A stretch of 46,366 nt of DNA. It comes from an uncultured Clostridia bacterium. Lineage in GTDB: Bacteria > Bacillota > Clostridia > TANB77 > CAG-508. Both the position numbers and the translations under genes were made by a program. The stretch lies in assembly GCA_934167135.1 (NCBI GenBank), contig CAKPKI010000002.1, forward strand, positions 1-46,366. Reading direction: 5' to 3'. The notes under the pieces are model-generated. The model worked only from the letters and a program-made list of their open reading frames with translations. It was not told the DNA's origin and searched no databases. Of the stretch, positions 27,648-36,674 are shown in pieces. The first letter of the stretch is position 1, and every line of letters begins with the position of its first letter.

Positions 27648-28469
27648 TTAAATAAATTTCATATAAATTTCATTTTTATTAACATTTCTATCTTTTGCTA
27701 TTTTTTTAATTATTTCTTTTTTATCAAGTCCCTGTTTTTTATAATATTCGTAATGTTGTTCTAAAGTTAATAAATTTAATTTATTTTCATTATTTATTTC
27801 TTCTTTATTTCCTTCAATTATTAAAATCATTTCACCTTTTAAATTATCTATATTTTCTAATAATTCATCAATATTTTTTCTAATAAATTCTTCATGAATT
27901 TTTGTTAATTCTCTGGCTAGTATAATTTTTCTGTTTTTTAATATTTCTTTTAAATCTTCTAAAGTATTTTTCATTTTATGAGGTGCCTCATAAATTATTA
28001 TTGTTTTTGAAGATTTGTCAATTTCTTCTAATTTTTCTTTTCTTAATTTTTTATTTAATGGCAAAAATCCCAAAAAAGTAAATTCTTTTGTATTAACTCC
28101 TGATGCAATTAATGCATTTACAAATGCACATGCTCCCGGTATTGGTATTATTTGAATATTTTCTTCTATTGCTTTTTTTATAATTTCTTCACCTGGATCG
28201 CAAATTCCTGGGGTTCCCGCATCTGAAACTAATGCTATATTTTCACCATTTTTTAATTTTTCTATTAAAATATTACTTTTTATTTCTTCATTATGTCTAT
28301 GATAACTTATTAGTGGTTTAGATATCTCAAAATGATTTAATAATTTTAATGTTTGCCTTGTATCTTCTGCTGCAATTATATCCACCTCTTTTAAAATTCT
28401 TAAGGCTCTTAATGTTATATCTTCTAAATTTCCTATTGGCGTTGCTACTATATATAATTTTCCGTCCAT
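27648..28469 (-). CDS. rsmI: 16S rRNA (cytidine1402-2'-O)-methyltransferase
   Basis: Motifs are LYIVATPIGNLEDITLRALRIL, AAEDTR and SDAGTPGICDPG. The likely start is the ATG at 28469 (MDGKLY), not the track start at 28523. Confidence 0.9.
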   Translation of the reverse strand: MDGKLYIVATPIGNLEDITLRALRILKEVDIIAAEDTRQTLKLLNHFEISKPLISYHRHNEEIKSNILIEKLKNGENIALVSDAGTPGICDPGEEIIKKAIEENIQIIPIPGACAFVNALIASGVNTKEFTFLGFLPLNKKLRKEKLEEIDKSSKTIIIYEAPHKMKNTLEDLKEILKNRKIILARELTKIHEEFIRKNIDELLENIDNLKGEMILIIEGNKEEINNENKLNLLTLEQHYEYYKKQGLDKKEIIKKIAKDRNVNKNEIYMKFI

Positions 28470-28581
28470 TTTAATCCCTTTCTTTTTTTTATTTATTTTA
28501 TCATATTTTTTAATTTTTTTCACTATTTTTTTTATTTTTCATATAATATATAAAATAAAAAAATATAAAGAAAGTGATTTT

Positions 28582-28797
28582 ATGAATAATTATTATAGAA
28601 ATAATCAATTACCACCAGCTCCACCAACGCCTCCTAAACCTATTCCGAAACCACCACCTAAACCTCCTCCAAAAAAGAAATTTAATTTTAAATCATTTAA
28701 AAAAAATACTTGTAATTCTTTAAATGAAGTAGAATGTTTTTTAAATAATTTTAGTGATTTTTTAAAATATTGTAAAATAATAAAATTATTAAAATAA
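28582..28797 (+). CDS. Hypothetical 71-aa proline-rich protein
   Basis: The ORF has a polyproline/Lys tract (PPAPPTPPKPIPKPPPKPPPKKK). The RBS is weak, so coding status is uncertain. Confidence 0.3.
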   Translation: MNNYYRNNQLPPAPPTPPKPIPKPPPKPPPKKKFNFKSFKKNTCNSLNEVECFLNNFSDFLKYCKIIKLLK

Positions 28798-28838
28798 TTA
28801 TTTATTTTAATAATTTTATTATTTTTACAGATTATTTT

Positions 28839-29375
28839 TTATGAATTATTTTTTACATATATATCTGGTATTTTATTATTAATTTCTCCATTTATTAAAA
28901 ATTTAACTGAATTAATTTCTTTTAAATTTGTTAATGTATTTACTATACTATTAATTATTTTTAATTTATTTTTTTCATCTCCCATTTCTAAAAATTCATT
29001 TGACATGTTTATTTCTGCACATGAATTTTTTATATTTATATCATGTATCACTGTTCCCTCTGGAATTAATTTTTTTAGATTACTGCTTTGTGGTCCATTT
29101 ATTAGTAAATTTATTATTTCTTTTTCTGGATTTTTTATTAATTTATTTGCATCTATTAATCTAGTTTCTGCTTCTAATTCTCCTGTTTCTGAATTTTCGA
29201 AATATAATGCTATTTTTGTTTGCCTTGCTTGCTCTTCTGATATTTCTTCTTGTGGTGTGTAGTTTTGATATTCGTCTTCTTTTTCCTTTTCTATACTTAT
29301 ATTTTTATATATAAATATTGATAATAATATTATTAATATTATCATTATTAATGCTATTATTTGCTTTTTTTTCAT
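28839..29375 (-). CDS. GerM-domain (GerMN) sporulation/germination protein, membrane-anchored
   Basis: An N-terminal anchor is followed by KIALYFENSETGELEAETRLID and LINGPQSSNLKKLIPEGT, a GerMN-like pattern. The likely start is the ATG at 29375, with GGAGGGA upstream. Confidence 0.65.
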   Translation of the reverse strand: MKKKQIIALIMIILIILLSIFIYKNISIEKEKEDEYQNYTPQEEISEEQARQTKIALYFENSETGELEAETRLIDANKLIKNPEKEIINLLINGPQSSNLKKLIPEGTVIHDINIKNSCAEINMSNEFLEMGDEKNKLKIINSIVNTLTNLKEINSVKFLINGEINNKIPDIYVKNNS

Positions 29376-29491
29376 TTCGCTCCCTCCTTGTCTTTTCAAT
29401 AATATTATTGGTTTTGGATTTTTAGAACATAAAATAAAAAAACTAACCTTAATTAATACTAATTAAATTTTATGGTTAGTTCTTTTTAGTT

Positions 29492-31180
29492 TTAATATAT
29501 TTTTTTAAACAATTTATTTATATTTTTTTTGATCAATTTATTTATTATAAATAATAAACTTATTAATATTGCACTTATTAATATAAGAGAAATTTTTACA
29601 TCTAAGTTTTCAAAAATCTTTACCAAATAATATAATAGTATGATAATTATTATTGTTATAAAATACTGATATAACTTATTCCCTTTTCCCTTTAACGCAG
29701 AAGTTTCTGTTATCCAATTTAAATTTGGTTTTCTTAAATTTACAACGACCATTAAAAAACTATTAATGATATTCAATATCATTGCAATTTCAATTCCTAT
29801 AATATAATAAAAAATTGAAATTTTAGGTATATTTATAGATATTACTATGGTCATTCCAATTATAGCAAAAGTATTAATTATTATCTCTGGAATGCTCTTC
29901 CAAACAAATTGTTTGTATAAAGATATTGGTATATATTTCATAACAACTGCATTTTTTCCTTCTCTTGAAATTGATGTTATTGATAGATTTGAAAACATGA
30001 ACATAATTTGTAATATACCACTTACTATTCCAATGCATTGTAAAATGAATTGATTTATCTCTATTTGGTTTATTAACTCTTCTTTTTGCAAATTATTTAT
30101 AAAAAATGGTAAAATCCAATTAATAATAACTAATAGCATTACTATTATAAAAATATATTGAATAATACATTGAATAAAAAATGTTGGTTCTTTTATTACT
30201 TTAATAAACTCGCTTTTTATATATGAATTTTTTACCGTATTTTTTTTATATTTATTTTTTATTTTTTCCTTCTTATATGTATTTTTGTTAATATATGCAA
30301 TATTTTTTAACAAGTTTTTTAAATATAATATTTTTCCAAAAAATACAAATACTAAAAATGATAAAATTGAGATAAAAATTAATTTTAATACTTGAAAAAA
30401 TATATTTGCTATATTAAAATTTGTTAATAAACTTACACATGGGTTTATAATCACAAAATAGCTATTTAATTTATCTAATCTATTATTAAATGCCTCTCCT
30501 CTTAATTTTGAGTCTTCAGTTTCAATTTCTTCTTGTACTATATTATCATTAAATATTAAGTTTATTAATTGTATTTCTGCAAAGACCATTATCAAACACA
30601 TTATTGCAACAATTATTATTTGAAATATATCTTTGTTTCTTATAAATTTAGATAATTGCATAAAAAATAACATTAATATACTAATTACAGTCACCAAAAA
30701 TATAGGAAATAATATTAATACTAATATAGATGTTATATAATAAGCAATTGCTGGTTCTACAATTATTCCATATATTAATAATGGTAAAGCTAAAAATAAT
30801 AATTCCATACTATATGTCATACTGATTACATTATTAAATTTTGCGATTAATAATTCTATTGGTTTTATCGGTAATGGTAATATATATTCTAAATCCCTAG
30901 AAAAGAAGAATACATTAATACACACAAATATTGTTTGAAAAACAAATATTGTTGCAATCATTGGAAAATAAATTTTAAAAAATATAATTGCTTGCCCATT
31001 ATTATTTAATAAATTTATTATCTTAAAACTTAAAATCATAACAACAAATGCCACTATTACCAATAACCATGTAAAACTCGATTTCTTATTTATTTTTTTG
31101 CTATCCTTTTTAAATATATATAAATTTTGAAAATAATCTTTTATAAAAATTTTCGACAATTGTGTTATTTTTTTAATCAT
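29492..31180 (-). CDS. Polytopic ABC-exporter permease (562 aa)
   Basis: At least 10 hydrophobic helices. The start overlaps the ATPase gene's stop by 8 nt. Confidence 0.65.
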   Translation of the reverse strand: MIKKITQLSKIFIKDYFQNLYIFKKDSKKINKKSSFTWLLVIVAFVVMILSFKIINLLNNNGQAIIFFKIYFPMIATIFVFQTIFVCINVFFFSRDLEYILPLPIKPIELLIAKFNNVISMTYSMELLFLALPLLIYGIIVEPAIAYYITSILVLILFPIFLVTVISILMLFFMQLSKFIRNKDIFQIIIVAIMCLIMVFAEIQLINLIFNDNIVQEEIETEDSKLRGEAFNNRLDKLNSYFVIINPCVSLLTNFNIANIFFQVLKLIFISILSFLVFVFFGKILYLKNLLKNIAYINKNTYKKEKIKNKYKKNTVKNSYIKSEFIKVIKEPTFFIQCIIQYIFIIVMLLVIINWILPFFINNLQKEELINQIEINQFILQCIGIVSGILQIMFMFSNLSITSISREGKNAVVMKYIPISLYKQFVWKSIPEIIINTFAIIGMTIVISINIPKISIFYYIIGIEIAMILNIINSFLMVVVNLRKPNLNWITETSALKGKGNKLYQYFITIIIIILLYYLVKIFENLDVKISLILISAILISLLFIINKLIKKNINKLFKKIY

Positions 31181-31898
31181 TTTTTGTCATCTCCATAAAT
31201 AATTCTTCTAATGATTTGTTTTCTTTTAATTCTTTTCTCATTTCTTCAATTGTACCCACAAATATCAATTTGCCTTTATTTATTATGCCTATTTTATCAC
31301 ATAATTTCTCTGCTACATCCAATATATGTGTGGAAAAAAATACACAATTATTTTTTTCTACAATTTCCTTCATTATTTTTTTTAATTCATATGTTGATTT
31401 AGGATCTAATCCTATCATTGGTTCATCTATAATCCAATTTTTAGGATTATGTAATAATGAACCTATTATAATTATTTTCTGCCTCATTCCATGTGAATAA
31501 CTTTGTATTTTATCATTTAATACATCATTTATTTCAAATATTTGGGTTAGTTTTTCTATTCTTTCTATTCTTTCTTCTAATCCAACATTATATATATCTG
31601 CCATAAAATTCAAATACTCTATTCCTTTTAATTTTAAAAACATGTCCGGGCTATCTGGTACATATCCGAATTGTTTTTTTGCTTCAATCGGGTCTTTAAA
31701 AATACTATGTCCATCTATTTCTATATCGCCTTCATCAATGTCTAGTATTCCTGTTATCATTTTTATTGTTGTAGTTTTCCCAGCTCCATTTGGACCTAAA
31801 AAGCCAAATATTTTTCCATCTTCTACTTTTAAATTTAGATTTTTTATTATTTTATCTTTTTTGTTATACGATTTTGATAAATTTTTAATTTCTATCAT
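31173..31898 (-). CDS. ABC transporter ATP-binding protein
   Basis: Walker A is GPNGAGKTT, the signature is SHGMRQK and Walker B is WIIDEP. The likely start is the ATG at 31898, with GAGGTG upstream. Confidence 0.9.
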   Translation of the reverse strand: MIEIKNLSKSYNKKDKIIKNLNLKVEDGKIFGFLGPNGAGKTTTIKMITGILDIDEGDIEIDGHSIFKDPIEAKKQFGYVPDSPDMFLKLKGIEYLNFMADIYNVGLEERIERIEKLTQIFEINDVLNDKIQSYSHGMRQKIIIIGSLLHNPKNWIIDEPMIGLDPKSTYELKKIMKEIVEKNNCVFFSTHILDVAEKLCDKIGIINKGKLIFVGTIEEMRKELKENKSLEELFMEMTKND

Positions 31899-31933
31899 TA
31901 TATCACCTCTCATTTTTTTTATAATTATATCAT

Positions 31934-31970
31934 AAAAAAACGATAAAATAAACTATTTTATCGTTTTTTT
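31934..31970. terminator. Bidirectional terminator closing the T4SS cluster
   Basis: AAAAAAA, then CGATAAAATA (31941..31950), loop aac, then TATTTTATCG (31954..31963), then TTTTTTT. The stem is a perfect 10 bp. Confidence 0.7.
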
Positions 31971-31989
31971 GTTATAGGTCCTCACATAA

Positions 31990-32346
31990 TTATAAATCAT
32001 TTATCTCTCTTATTATAGATTCTACACCTCTAACCTTATTGTCACTCATCTTTTCATTTCTTTCTAATCGCTTAATATAAGTTTGAAGATCTTTTTCTGT
32101 TGGAGAACTTTCTGACATTTTTGCTGCCGCAATTCTTTCTTTGCTTGCTCTTTCTTTAGAATTTCCATTTTTAGCTTTCATTGCCTTTATTATTATCTCA
32201 TCATTGTTAACACCATATTCTCTATACTTTTGTGCATCTTTCATTGCAGCATCAACTTCTTCCTTAGTTTTTAGACCTAATTTATCTTGATACATTTTTC
32301 TAATATTTTTATCTTTTGCATGCTTTTTGTCTGCTTTTTCGTTCAT
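31990..32346 (-). CDS. Hypothetical 118-aa charged protein, last gene of the T4SS cluster
   Basis: The ORF has an AGAAGG RBS and overlaps the upstream gene's end by 38 nt. I recognise no motif. Confidence 0.45.
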   Translation of the reverse strand: MNEKADKKHAKDKNIRKMYQDKLGLKTKEEVDAAMKDAQKYREYGVNNDEIIIKAMKAKNGNSKERASKERIAAAKMSESSPTEKDLQTYIKRLERNEKMSDNKVRGVESIIREINDL

Positions 32347-33076
32347 TACCTTCTGATAGATTTCCTACCTCTCCAGTCACTTTACCAGCTGCATGTGCAA
32401 CCCTATTACCAAGCCCTTCTCCAAAATCAAGTCCTGCCTTACCACCTGCTATTACATTTTTTCCAACATTTTTTGGGTCTCCTGTTGCAATACCTGCTGC
32501 TGCACCAGCCATTGCCCCCATAGCCATATTAGCAGATTTCAAAGTCACTTTCATTGCACTACCAGTTGCAGACTTCACTCCATTTACAGCATGTTTAACC
32601 ATTGCACCCTTTACGGTTGATGCTCCAGTATTCCCTATAATTGCTCTAGACCATCCATTTTTTATCATCCTCTTATAACTTCTTGTTTTTTCTTTTGGTT
32701 TTTCCTTCTCTCTATCACTTTCTGACACTGGTTGTGGTAATTGTTCAGGAGGCTCTTGTTGTTTTATATAATCATATGAACTGTCATTGTGTGGATCATA
32801 GTTTTCATCATATTCGTCTGTATAAGGATTATAATATGAACCTTCCGAATTTTGATCAAATCCTTCTGATTTATATTTATCTAAAACAGGATCATTTTCT
32901 TCTGGACCAATAGTTCTATTTCCCGAAGATTCATCCTCATTAGCCAAATCATCAATTAAATTATTTACTTTTTTATCTGTATCAGCTGTTCTTATTTTAG
33001 ACTGTTTTTCCTCTTCGTTATTTTTATTTCCAAGTTTATTTCCTTCAGCTCCGGTTACCTTTTCCTCCTTTTGCAA
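32309..33076 (-). CDS. Hypothetical protein with an acidic/Tyr-rich N-terminal half and a Gly/Ala-rich C-terminal half
   Basis: The only start is a TTG at 33076, with no RBS, inside the end of the VirB6-like gene. The C-terminus reads GASTVKGAMVKHAVNGVKSATGSAMKV...GAMAGAAAGIATG. Confidence 0.45.
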   Translation of the reverse strand: MQKEEKVTGAEGNKLGNKNNEEEKQSKIRTADTDKKVNNLIDDLANEDESSGNRTIGPEENDPVLDKYKSEGFDQNSEGSYYNPYTDEYDENYDPHNDSSYDYIKQQEPPEQLPQPVSESDREKEKPKEKTRSYKRMIKNGWSRAIIGNTGASTVKGAMVKHAVNGVKSATGSAMKVTLKSANMAMGAMAGAAAGIATGDPKNVGKNVIAGGKAGLDFGEGLGNRVAHAAGKVTGEVGNLSEGNERKSRQKACKR

Positions 33077-34226
33077 ATCTTGACAATGAATTAACTCCTG
33101 TCATTGCAAGAGCTGCCCCAGCTGCTCCTGATAAAAACCCTGGTGTAGCTGCTTTATCAAATCCAAACATTTTTCTTACAAATTTTTCTGCCGGAATCAT
33201 AAATCCTATAATTACTACAGAATATATTATATTTGTAGATGCCAACTCAAATGCCATTGTAACAAATACTGTATATAATAGTAAATGCAATGGTTGAATC
33301 AACAAATTAAATATATATTCTTTTAACCACATATCAAAAGCTTGTGCTTTTCCATCTTTTATTTTATCTATAGGATATGTTAAAGCAACAAATGGCGAAA
33401 TAACAGTTAAAAACAGTAAATATATTAATCTCTTTATATATATTATAGAGAACGAAAGTGTATATAGTACTAAAACCAAATATACTAATGTATATCCAAC
33501 ATGTTCCATTGAATTACTATATTCTTGTGCTTGTATTCTTATTTGTCCCATCATATTAGTTGGCCATTTAATAACTTTTTCTGAACCTTCATCATACAAA
33601 TATGTAGTACCTGATGTTTTTTCTAACTCTTCTATTGCTTTCTGTAAATTATCATTTGGCTCATCTATTACTGAAATGCAAATATTTTTACCCTGTGCTT
33701 GATCAACTATTTCTATAATACTTTCTACAATACTATGAGCAAATACCATTATGTAATGCATTAATACCATTAGACACAGTGCTATTACCCAATCAGCTAA
33801 CATTTGTTTATATTTTGCCTTTTCATCTGCAATACTACTTATAACAATTCTAATTCCAATATATAATAATACTATCATTGAACATACAAGTGCTAGGGTT
33901 CTTATCGCATAATACCATTTTGCAATAGCCTCTCTCATTTCATACGATGAATTGTTAATTGATGTATATATTTTATCTGTGTCATTACTTGTTGCTTTAC
34001 CATCTTTCCAATAATAGTAGCCTGTTGCTTGATATTGAGATCTATCTATTTTGTTATCTTTCCATTCTTCTAATGTTGCTGTTCCAACTTCATTTCCTTC
34101 TTCATCCCCATATTCAACATAAACTTGTTTTGGATTAAATATGTTCGCATCAAATAATAATATTTTTCCACTAAATATTTCTTCTGGTCCTATTGTATAT
34201 GTTGGTAATACTAATGTTTCTTTCAA
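33045..34226 (-). CDS. VirB6/TrbL-like polytopic T4SS membrane protein
   Basis: A soluble N-terminus of about 100 aa is followed by at least 5 TM helices (LALVCSMIVLLYIGIRIV, VIALCLMVLMHYIMVFA, LVYLVLVLYTLSFSIIYI, LLFLTVISPFVAL, LLIQPLHLLLYTVFVTMAF). The gene is adjacent to VirB4. Confidence 0.6.
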   Translation of the reverse strand: MKETLVLPTYTIGPEEIFSGKILLFDANIFNPKQVYVEYGDEEGNEVGTATLEEWKDNKIDRSQYQATGYYYWKDGKATSNDTDKIYTSINNSSYEMREAIAKWYYAIRTLALVCSMIVLLYIGIRIVISSIADEKAKYKQMLADWVIALCLMVLMHYIMVFAHSIVESIIEIVDQAQGKNICISVIDEPNDNLQKAIEELEKTSGTTYLYDEGSEKVIKWPTNMMGQIRIQAQEYSNSMEHVGYTLVYLVLVLYTLSFSIIYIKRLIYLLFLTVISPFVALTYPIDKIKDGKAQAFDMWLKEYIFNLLIQPLHLLLYTVFVTMAFELASTNIIYSVVIIGFMIPAEKFVRKMFGFDKAATPGFLSGAAGAALAMTGVNSLSRFAKGGKGNRS

Positions 34227-34245
34227 AGCATCAGCAACTGCTCCT

Positions 34246-34704
34246 TTAACAGCAACCAGACCGGTTTGTTACATTATCAAATCCAAAAACCATTCCAGCT
34301 ATTCCAAATGTTACTACTGCTTTTATTACTTGACCTGAAATAGCTTTTACTGCTACGGCTAAAATTCCTGGTGCAAATATAGCTGCTACAACTACTAATG
34401 CAATTCCTATCAATATAATTGCTGCTTTTTTTAATTTATCTTTCCAATCAGGATCTGAATTATCAACAGCAATTGTAGCTTTTGTTCCCATAATAGACTT
34501 TTGCAATATATTCATTATTCCGTCACCAAGTCCTTGCATTAGATCACATATTGGACTTAAAAGAATTCCTCCTATTCCAGAACCATCATCATCGTCTTCG
34601 GCAGCATAAATTTTGGGTGGCTTCAAAAAATTTATCCATATTAGAACTAAGCATAAACAAGTTATTAACTTATATAAAAATTTTTTCTTTGTAAAAAATT
34701 TCAT
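34246..34704 (-). CDS. Small secreted/membrane T4SS-cluster protein (152 aa)
   Basis: A signal peptide ending IYAAEDDDD is followed by C-terminal hydrophobic helices (AAIILIGIALVVVAAIFAPGILAVAV). Confidence 0.5.
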   Translation of the reverse strand: MKFFTKKKFLYKLITCLCLVLIWINFLKPPKIYAAEDDDDGSGIGGILLSPICDLMQGLGDGIMNILQKSIMGTKATIAVDNSDPDWKDKLKKAAIILIGIALVVVAAIFAPGILAVAVKAISGQVIKAVVTFGIAGMVFGFDNVTNRSGCC

Positions 34705-34715
34705 TCTATTACTCC

Positions 34716-36674
34716 TTAATATTTCTTTCTAGCTTCTACCAATTTGTTCAAGTTTGTTTCAACAAACTCAAATTCTTTTTGTGTAGGTGTAATCTTTAGT
34801 ATTGCTGTTTCTTGTCCTACTTTAAATAGTCCTTCTCCTTTTCCACAAGTTACTAAGAATCCAGCTTCTCCCTCACTTAACTTAAATACTTCTTTTAAAT
34901 ATTGTATTTCTGCTTTATCCTGTGCTAAAAATAATTTTGTATCTGAAGATGTAAGAACTGCCTGAGCTTCTGGTTTTTCATAGAAATCTTGAAATCTTTG
35001 AGAAACTACAGCAAGTGAAACATTTCTTTTTCTCGCACGTCTTGCCATTGTATTCAAAAAGTCTACCGCCTCAGGATATGGTAATAACATCCATGCTTCA
35101 TCAACTATAATTCTCTTTTTTCTTGCTTTTCTTCTATCCTCACTATTTTTCTTTACTACTTTTTCCCAAATCCAGGTTAAAAGAATTTGTTGAGCAAGTG
35201 GTCTTGCAAATTTTTCTTCCAATTGAGATATATCTAAATTTATAAATGGTGCACCATCTAATAATTTAAATGTTGATTGACCATCAAAATATGCCATTTG
35301 TCCATTATACTCTCTTATATATTGTTTCATAACCTTCAATAAGTAACTATAATGAAATCTATAATCTTCATTTTTATTTTCCTGAGCTTTTCCTTGAATT
35401 CTTCTATACCAAGACCCTATTGTTGGCATTTTTTTCTTTTCTCTATATAGTCTATCTCCTTTTGTCATATCATTAGCTCTTTCATATAAGCTATTGGGAT
35501 TACTTGTTATTCCCATTGCTTCATATTCTTCCGCTACAGATTCAGCTATAATCTGTTTTGTTAATTCGTTTACTTCTTTACTTCTTGTACTTCCTCTGGC
35601 CATAGTAAGTAATGATTGTGTAACATCTTCAACTTTATTTTCTATATTTATTACGGCTCTTTCTTTACCCGTTATCTCATCTTTTACATTTTCAGTTTCT
35701 ACATCAAATAAATTTATAACAGTTTTTGATGTTGGACTAATAACAACATTTATTCCTCCTAAAGACTCTGCAACAATAGTATATTCTCCCTCCGCATCAA
35801 GTGCTAAACTTTCTATTCCCATTAATAATGATGATCTACTTATCAATGTTTTCATTGTTACAGATTTACCAGCACCAGATTTAGCAAATATAACCATATT
35901 GTAGTTTGTAAGGGAACTGTGAAAATTATCAAATAGTATAGGTGTTCCTGTTTGTTTATTAAAACCTAAAGGAATTCCTGTTGGATGACTAACATCTGAA
36001 GTAGTAAATGGAAATACTGTTGACATTGAACGTCTATCAAATGTATGTTGTTTATTTATTTTATCATCCATTAATGGTAAATTAGATTTAAATGCATCTT
36101 CTTGCATAGCCCATGCAGTTTTTATTCTAACTAGCGATTTAGACATTTCTGTAGATAATAGTTTTGTTAGTCTATCTAGTTCCTCTAAATTATATGAAAA
36201 AACTGTTGCAACTATTGAAGCTTCATATAATTTGTTAAATCCCGCTGCTATTTCATCTCTTAATTGCTCTGCTTCTACTCTTTTTTGTGCTAGACTGCTT
36301 TCTCTATTTATATTTCCTTTGTCCGCTGCAACAATTCTTTCTGTTTCTAACTCATTAATTACTCTATTGAGCTCATTCTGTGATTTAGCCTCTTGTATTG
36401 GTTTTATATATATAGATGTATTTATATCTCCAAAAAAATACATATCTCTAAATAATTCTGGAAAAGTACACATTCTTGGTAATGCTGATACAAAAAAACT
36501 TCTAGCATACTTTTTTACATTTGATATTATTTCTAAATGATCTATATTACTAGCATCTATTCCAGATGGTGCTATTAATTCTTTTATACTCTTTTTTTTC
36601 AAAAATTGCATTGATTGTGCACCATCATTAAACTCTGAGTTTTTTTGCATTTTTATTTCCTGTTTTTTTGCCAT
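34716..36674 (-). CDS. VirB4-family T4SS ATPase (PrgJ/TcpF/TrsE-like)
   Basis: The N-domain reads ARSFFVSALPRMCTFPELF...NTSIYIKPI. Walker A is VIFAKSGAGKSVT and Walker B is RIIVDEAWML. Confidence 0.9.
   Translation of the reverse strand: MAKKQEIKMQKNSEFNDGAQSMQFLKKKSIKELIAPSGIDASNIDHLEIISNVKKYARSFFVSALPRMCTFPELFRDMYFFGDINTSIYIKPIQEAKSQNELNRVINELETERIVAADKGNINRESSLAQKRVEAEQLRDEIAAGFNKLYEASIVATVFSYNLEELDRLTKLLSTEMSKSLVRIKTAWAMQEDAFKSNLPLMDDKINKQHTFDRRSMSTVFPFTTSDVSHPTGIPLGFNKQTGTPILFDNFHSSLTNYNMVIFAKSGAGKSVTMKTLISRSSLLMGIESLALDAEGEYTIVAESLGGINVVISPTSKTVINLFDVETENVKDEITGKERAVINIENKVEDVTQSLLTMARGSTRSKEVNELTKQIIAESVAEEYEAMGITSNPNSLYERANDMTKGDRLYREKKKMPTIGSWYRRIQGKAQENKNEDYRFHYSYLLKVMKQYIREYNGQMAYFDGQSTFKLLDGAPFINLDISQLEEKFARPLAQQILLTWIWEKVVKKNSEDRRKARKKRIIVDEAWMLLPYPEAVDFLNTMARRARKRNVSLAVVSQRFQDFYEKPEAQAVLTSSDTKLFLAQDKAEIQYLKEVFKLSEGEAGFLVTCGKGEGLFKVGQETAILKITPTQKEFEFVETNLNKLVEARKKY

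Noticed and set aside
32316-32678. Pro/Ala-rich plus-strand ORFs (32316..32678, 32393..32620, 32287..32523) opposite the Gly/Ala-rich gene.
   Set aside because: They are mirror images of the GC-richer Gly/Ala codons of the minus-strand gene. That gene fits the operon's direction and overlap pattern, whereas these ORFs have no translation signals of their own.
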